From Anaerolineales bacterium (GTDB lineage Bacteria > Chloroflexota > Anaerolineae > Anaerolineales > E44-bin32): 64,000 nt of DNA. Within the stretch, counting starts at the first letter, position 1. Each line of letters starts with the position of its first letter. The DNA lies in assembly GCA_040899905.1 (NCBI GenBank), contig JBBDZX010000005.1, positions 629,722-693,721 of the forward strand, in the 5' to 3' direction. The translations under genes were made by a program, and so were the position numbers. A model generated the notes under the pieces. It made no database searches, was not told the DNA's origin, and was given only the letters and a program-made list of their open reading frames with translations. This document shows, piece by piece, positions 58,833 to 64,000 of the stretch.

Positions 58833-60107
58833 TCAACCCAGCTCCATCGAACGTTTCGGCAAACTCAAATAGACCTTTTCGACCTGCTCGAGGTAACGTT
58901 CCCAGGAATGCCTTTCGACCGCTTGCCGCCGCGCATTCCCTCCCAGCACGCTGCGTTTCGCCGGGTCAGACAAGAGCGTCAGGATGGCCTCAGCAAGCCC
59001 ATCTTCATCGCCCGCTTCGACCAAGACCCCATTGTGCCCATCTTGGATGACTTCGGCAACCTGGCCCGTGCGGGTTGCCACAATCGCCTTACCTGCGGCC
59101 ATATATTCGTAAATCTTTAGCGGAGATCCCCCATGCCCATCAAAGAATGTGATATTTGGGGCCACGACGACATCCGCAACAGCCAGCATTTCCGGTACTC
59201 GCCGGTGCTCAACAGCGCCGGTCAACACTACGGCCGGCTGAAGCCCATTCTGTTCAACCAGCTGCTCGACCACAGGCCGGGTGCGACCATCGCCTACCAG
59301 GATCAATTTGGCAGCAGGGACTTTGCGGATTAGCTGCGCGAAGCACTTCACCAGCAGCCCCAGGTCATGCCACAGGTAAAATCCACCAACGAACATCACG
59401 ACCGGCTCGTCTTTCAGCCCCAGGCGGCGGCGGATCCTATTCACATCATACCGGCGCCCAAATGCTTGCGTGTCCGCCGCGTTAGGTAGCACGACGATCT
59501 TTTCCGTGCTGACCTTCCATTTCCGAACCAGGTGATCTTTCAGTTGAGCGGAAACGCAGATGATCCGCTGAGCACTGTCGAAGCAATATCGGGTGGTCGC
59601 TTCGGCAAAGATACGCCGGAGGCCGCGTTCGGGGTTGCCCTGGGCCTGGCGCTCTTCCAGCATGTCGGCATTGACTTCCAGAATGTATGGGATGCCCAGC
59701 CTCCGGCTGGCCCACGCCCCACCGAAAGCGAGCAGGTTGTATCGCTCGTGGATTACATCGTGGCTCTGCAGATTTTGAGAGCAGGCATCATATGTGCGGT
59801 AACTGTCGAACAGGGCCAGATAGGGGATTTTAAGCTCCGCTTGAACCCTCCGTATCGCGCTCTCCACGACCTTGAACGCTTTTGTGCCGCTCAGGCCAAG
59901 CTTTCCATAGTCGCTCTCTGGGGGATGGTTGTCCTTGAATACCTGGAGGTTGCTCGTGCAAAGCACCCGCCGCCCTTGTAGGGCCAGGAGGTTCACATGA
60001 TGCCCCGCTTGTTGGAGACCGTGAATCTGGTGATAGATGTGAACCTGAACGGCGAAAGGCTCGGCAAAGTTCGTGTCGATGCTCTGGTAGATGTACGCGA
60101 CTTTCAA
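58833..60107 (-). CDS. GT4-family glycosyltransferase
   Basis: It has a GT-B fold C-terminal domain (GSPLKIYEYMAAGKAIVATRTGQVAEVI). Confidence 0.88.
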   Translation of the reverse strand: MKVAYIYQSIDTNFAEPFAVQVHIYHQIHGLQQAGHHVNLLALQGRRVLCTSNLQVFKDNHPPESDYGKLGLSGTKAFKVVESAIRRVQAELKIPYLALFDSYRTYDACSQNLQSHDVIHERYNLLAFGGAWASRRLGIPYILEVNADMLEERQAQGNPERGLRRIFAEATTRYCFDSAQRIICVSAQLKDHLVRKWKVSTEKIVVLPNAADTQAFGRRYDVNRIRRRLGLKDEPVVMFVGGFYLWHDLGLLVKCFAQLIRKVPAAKLILVGDGRTRPVVEQLVEQNGLQPAVVLTGAVEHRRVPEMLAVADVVVAPNITFFDGHGGSPLKIYEYMAAGKAIVATRTGQVAEVIQDGHNGVLVEAGDEDGLAEAILTLLSDPAKRSVLGGNARRQAVERHSWERYLEQVEKVYLSLPKRSMELG

Positions 60108-60123
60108 TGGAGGTACTACCCTG

Positions 60124-61293
60124 CTACTCGTTGCCTCGCGCTCTGCTCATCCGGTTGGGCCCCACAAGAGACTGGGCCAGGATCGACACCAGGCCTCGAT
60201 TGAGGAGTGAGGATGGTGCTGCCGCGAAGGCCCGCAATGCGCTGCTTCTTGCCTTCGCCATATCGTCATATTGATAAGCGCGGAATGCCCCGACCATCCA
60301 GGTTCTGGCGACTGCCCTGCGTTTTAGCCCCTGGAGCCCGGACAAATCGCCAGGAAGGTTTGCGAAGACACGCTGGTTAAATGCCAAAGGATCGCCCGTC
60401 AGGTGATTCCAGGCATATGCCGCCACAATCTCTAAGAGCTTATCGGCGCCATGCTGCAGGAGAGTTGGATCCAGCTCGACCGCATACGCCAGATCAGCCT
60501 TGGCATCCTCAAGACTATCGGCTGCATACTCCAAACAGGCAAAACCCATGTAGACCCGCGCGTAGGCGCTTTCCTTGCTCATTCCCAACGAGGCTGAGAT
60601 CTGACTGTCGGAAAAGACAGTATCGAGCATGGCTAACTTGCCCTTCTTGACGTGGGCCATGTTCCGTACAGAGTTGCTCGCATGCATCCGCTGCCGGAAG
60701 ACCATTTCCTTCACCCAGGCTACCGGGCATCCGGCCTGAGCAAGGCGGAACCAGAGGTAGGTGTCTTCCGCCGGCATCAGGTTATGATCGAACCCGCCCA
60801 CTCGCGCGAACCAGGATCGCCGGACCAGGACGGAGGCCACGTGGGCCATCGCAGCAAAGAGCCAGTCGCTGAGCGTTGGCTGTGGGTGGTGGACCCAGGG
60901 CCTTTCTGAGCGCACGACGTCCCCACTTTCCGTAACCCTGTCCCAACCGCTGATGACCATGCCGACATCCGGGCGCCTCTGCAGCTCTCGAGCCTGGACT
61001 TCGAGCTTGCGGGGCATGTACCAATCGTCGTCATCCAGAAAGGTGATGAATTCTCCCTGGCCCAGGGCAACTCCGCGGTTGCGCGCGGCGCCTCTTTCCT
61101 GTTTCGTCTGTTTGTGATACACGATCCGCCGGTCTTGAAAGGCGGCAACCACCGCTGCCGTATGGTCGGTTGAGCCGTCGTCCACAATGATCAGCTCGAA
61201 ATCCCTGTAGGTCTGACTAAGGACACTTTCGATCGCCTCGGAGAGCAGTTGAGCTCGATTATGAGTTGGGATGATTACACTGATCTGGGGCAT
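60124..61293 (-). CDS. GT2-family glycosyltransferase with helical (TPR-like) C-terminal extension
   Basis: MPQISVIIPTHNRAQLL...LIIVDDGSTDHT...FLDDDD. Confidence 0.88.
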   Translation of the reverse strand: MPQISVIIPTHNRAQLLSEAIESVLSQTYRDFELIIVDDGSTDHTAAVVAAFQDRRIVYHKQTKQERGAARNRGVALGQGEFITFLDDDDWYMPRKLEVQARELQRRPDVGMVISGWDRVTESGDVVRSERPWVHHPQPTLSDWLFAAMAHVASVLVRRSWFARVGGFDHNLMPAEDTYLWFRLAQAGCPVAWVKEMVFRQRMHASNSVRNMAHVKKGKLAMLDTVFSDSQISASLGMSKESAYARVYMGFACLEYAADSLEDAKADLAYAVELDPTLLQHGADKLLEIVAAYAWNHLTGDPLAFNQRVFANLPGDLSGLQGLKRRAVARTWMVGAFRAYQYDDMAKARSSALRAFAAAPSSLLNRGLVSILAQSLVGPNRMSRARGNE

Positions 61294-61325
61294 GGAATGG
61301 TGTCCGAGATCTCCAGACGCTCGAA

Positions 61326-63005
61326 TCAATCGAGATAACCGAGCGCCCGCAGATGGTCAACCATGAGATCGGCCTCCTCGGAGGAGTAACCGTTCTCTTC
61401 CAGTGTTTTGGGGCCCGCGTCGCCCGGTTGCGTGCGCAACGGCCGCCGGCTCAATTCGGGCGCCAGAAGGTCGAACATTACGCGACCGTCCCAGTCCTCC
61501 GGAACAGGCACGTCACACATGTGGAGCAGGGTGGCGGGTACATCCATCAAGTGGGCACCCTGGGCCGTCTGGCTGGGTTGGACGGCCCGCCCCGAGAAGA
61601 CAAACACGCCATCCGGGCTGTGCCAGCCATAGTCCCTGTCTTGATCGAACGTGATGAAGTAACGGCTGTGCTGCCGTCCCTTGTGCGGTGCCGGCTGCCG
61701 CGTGCGAATGTTCCATTGGGAACCGTAAGCATCGAGGATGATATCCGGCGCATATCCCGCAGCTGGTCCGTAATACAATTCGTCTGAGCTGAAGATATTG
61801 GTAAACAGGCGCTCCCCAGTATAGGGTTCCTTTATCTCGGAAAGCTCATCCTTTAACTTGTCTACAAAGGTCCTTCGCTCATCAGCCGGTACGACCCCGC
61901 TGGGTTCCCGGTTTGTGACGTTGACATACAGCAGCCCTGAATACAGTGAACTGGGGAAGATGGCGGTGCGGCTGAAGTCGGGTTTCGTGCTGAGCCGCAT
62001 GTGCGACTCAGCAAACGGAATGGCATTCTCGATTTTGGCCCAGGCTTTCCTTTGGATCTCCTTCGGGAGTCGAGGCCAAACTGCTCGAATCAGCCGGCGG
62101 AATGCCTTCTCGGATCCACCGGACCAATTCAGAGAATCCTGGAACCAATGTTCCAGGATCCAACCGAAAGCAGCCGCCTTTTGAACGGGCGTGTTTTCAT
62201 GGTAGACACAGTATCCGTGTTCCCGCAGCCATAGGTTCAATAAGAAATCACCCTTCAGACGACTGGAGCCGTGGTCAGAGATCATCAAGACGTTGTCAGG
62301 CTGAAAGGAGTTAAGCAGGGTTCCAATATCGGCATCCGACTGGAGGTAAGCCTCCTGTACCAGCGCCATGGTAGGCATCTTATGATTGGCATGATCGGTC
62401 AACATCAGGTTCATCACGAGCACGTCAACCCGATAGTGCTCAGCCAGCGCGGCCCCGGCTTCAACCAGATAAGCCTGTTGTCTTTTCTCGATTGCCAAGA
62501 TGTCTTCCGCCCGGCCGGACCGAAGCACGTCTGTCGAGACAACTGGCTTATACGGCCCGAACCGGCTCTCCATCCAGTTCTGTGCCTCTGACGGCCACGT
62601 CAGATCCTCAGCCGAGTCCGGGGTTCCAAACCCACACAGAACAAATCCCTCGATCGGCGCCGGAGGATGGGTGAAGGGAATATTGACCAATCCCACCCGG
62701 ATGCCGGCAGCGTTTAGATATTGCCAGAAGGGAGTCCCCTGCCGTACCCGGGCACTTGTGGGCTCGAAGCTGTAATCGCCGGGCTTTCGCCAGAGCATGT
62801 CGAATACCCCATGTTTGCCGGGATTCTTTGCGGTGACAATTGAGGACCATGCGGTAGGGGTCCACGGCGGCATCGTCGAACTCAAGACTCCCCATACCCC
62901 AGAGTCCATCAGCTTCTGAATCGTCGGCAATCGGCCAGATTGCAGCAGTGGATCGACATATGCCCAGCAAGCAGCGTCCAGTCCCACGAGTAAGGTTCTT
63001 TCCAT
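61326..63005 (-). CDS. alkaline-phosphatase-superfamily protein (type I phosphodiesterase/nucleotide pyrophosphatase-like)
   Basis: LLVGLDAACWAYVDPLLQSGRLPTIQKLM...TMPPWTPTAWSSIVT...SDHGS. Confidence 0.85.
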   Translation of the reverse strand: MERTLLVGLDAACWAYVDPLLQSGRLPTIQKLMDSGVWGVLSSTMPPWTPTAWSSIVTAKNPGKHGVFDMLWRKPGDYSFEPTSARVRQGTPFWQYLNAAGIRVGLVNIPFTHPPAPIEGFVLCGFGTPDSAEDLTWPSEAQNWMESRFGPYKPVVSTDVLRSGRAEDILAIEKRQQAYLVEAGAALAEHYRVDVLVMNLMLTDHANHKMPTMALVQEAYLQSDADIGTLLNSFQPDNVLMISDHGSSRLKGDFLLNLWLREHGYCVYHENTPVQKAAAFGWILEHWFQDSLNWSGGSEKAFRRLIRAVWPRLPKEIQRKAWAKIENAIPFAESHMRLSTKPDFSRTAIFPSSLYSGLLYVNVTNREPSGVVPADERRTFVDKLKDELSEIKEPYTGERLFTNIFSSDELYYGPAAGYAPDIILDAYGSQWNIRTRQPAPHKGRQHSRYFITFDQDRDYGWHSPDGVFVFSGRAVQPSQTAQGAHLMDVPATLLHMCDVPVPEDWDGRVMFDLLAPELSRRPLRTQPGDAGPKTLEENGYSSEEADLMVDHLRALGYLD

Positions 63006-63051
63006 TACCTGCTACTCTTCGTTCCTGCAGACACGTGTGCCATGGCCACGC

Positions 63052-64000
63052 TCACGGGCTGAAGGGCAACGTCCAACGATGAGGCATAATGACGCTGATC
63101 TCCTGTAAGGGCTTCACGACTCGTCCATTGAGCAATCCTTCCTGCACGTCAAAGACCGCCGCGGCCTGAACGTGATCCTGCCTTTCGCCGGCTCCGCGAA
63201 TTAGAACGTCCATCCGGTAGCGACCGGCCACGAGCAAGAGTGGATCGACTTCGCATATGAACTTAGGTCCCAGCGACGGATCATACTGATCATCCGGTCC
63301 CGGAGCGTCGCTCTTAAAGGCAGTGATACGCTGTCCCAATTGGTTGAAGAGCGTGAAGACACAGGATAAGTTCGGCAGCATTCCGCTGACGTGAAATACG
63401 AATCGGGCCGTGTCGCCAGTCCGAAGGTTGTTCCCGTCCCTATTTCCGTCGTCGACGTCGACAGCCAGCAGCTTAACGAGCCCACGACCGCGCCGGTCGG
63501 TGCGTTCGGCTACCGGCTGGGATTCGATGGCTTCCAAAGATCTGAGGTAGATATCGGCGGCCTCGCCCATCGAGGTATCCGCGACAAGCTTGCCATCCCG
63601 CAAAAGAAGTCCGCGGTGGCACAGCTTCTGCATGATACCCATGTTGTGGCTGACGAACAGCACTGTCCGGCCTTCCTCCGCCACACTCCCCATCTTGCCC
63701 AGGCACTTCCTCTGAAAAGCTATGTCGCCGACCGCCAGCACTTCGTCTACCAGCAAGATTTCGGGTTCAAGGTGTGCTGCAACCGCAAATGCCAGCCGGA
63801 CGTACATCCCGCTCGAGTAATGCTTAACTGGCGTATCGAGGAACTTTTCAATCTCGGCAAAAGCGACAATTTCATCGAATTTTCGGTTGATCTCCCCTCT
63901 TTTCATCCCCAGGATGGCCCCATTAAGATAGGTATTTTCGCGGCCCGTAAGTTCAGGATGAAAGCCCGTTCCGACATCCAACAAGGATCCGACCCGTCCG
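63052..64000 (-). CDS. polysaccharide-export ABC transporter ATP-binding protein (Wzt/TagH-like) with C-terminal carbohydrate-binding-type domain; the 5' end lies outside the window
   Basis: YSSGMYVRLAFAVA (signature-like), LLVDEVLAVGD (Walker B) and FVSHN (H-loop). An ~150-aa beta-rich C-terminal domain follows. The frame stays open to the window edge. Confidence 0.88.
   Translation of the reverse strand, partial: GRVGSLLDVGTGFHPELTGRENTYLNGAILGMKRGEINRKFDEIVAFAEIEKFLDTPVKHYSSGMYVRLAFAVAAHLEPEILLVDEVLAVGDIAFQRKCLGKMGSVAEEGRTVLFVSHNMGIMQKLCHRGLLLRDGKLVADTSMGEAADIYLRSLEAIESQPVAERTDRRGRGLVKLLAVDVDDGNRDGNNLRTGDTARFVFHVSGMLPNLSCVFTLFNQLGQRITAFKSDAPGPDDQYDPSLGPKFICEVDPLLLVAGRYRMDVLIRGAGERQDHVQAAAVFDVQEGLLNGRVVKPLQEISVIMPHRWTLPFSP

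Overview
This is a high-GC bacterial chromosomal segment. By eye most genes are about 60-67% GC, with two blocks nearer 52-58%. Ribosome-binding sites are GGAGG-type and many adjacent genes overlap by 4 nt (ATGA/GTGA). Pro/Thr-rich linkers, a dockerin-like module and a PMT-type GT39 suggest a Chloroflexota-like organism, but this cannot be verified here.

Layout:
- 0-6.2 kb: a hypothetical gene, tRNA-Phe, a CcrM-like DNA methyltransferase with a single in-frame TGA, a lipoprotein, tRNA-Gly and tRNA-Cys. These are followed by a small arsenite-efflux (ACR3) module flanked by tRNA-Cys-derived fragments.
- 6.4-10.7 kb: two large secreted proteins of unknown family.
- 10.9-16.1 kb: metallophosphoesterase-rfbC-rfbB-rfbA-rfbD-gmhB, translationally coupled.
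- 16.1-17.3 kb: a scar made of gene remnants.
- 17.3-21.8 kb: two divergent paralogous glycoside-hydrolase-like secreted proteins, one of them dockerin-tagged.
- 21.8-64 kb: an almost unbroken minus-strand glycan/EPS assembly super-locus of about 42 kb. It encodes GT39, a carbamoyltransferase module, methyltransferases, epimerases, a GlpD-like oxidoreductase and a heptose module containing a SIS-GAF fusion. It also encodes the priming phosphotransferase, several GT2/GT4 enzymes, WecB, a Wzc-like tyrosine kinase, a Wzy/O-antigen-ligase-like protein, an alkaline-phosphatase-family protein and a Wzt-like ABC ATPase.

The most unusual property is the density of structured gene decay. A roughly 9.5 kb operon reappears as a diverged copy of under 0.9 kb that keeps only its gene junctions (53.2-54.1 kb). 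High-GC remnants of resident genes sit next to intact lower-GC paralogs. gmhB is present as one intact and two decayed copies.

No CRISPR array, rRNA, transposase or integrase was recognised. All calls come from manual reading of the sequence and ORF track; no database search was run.
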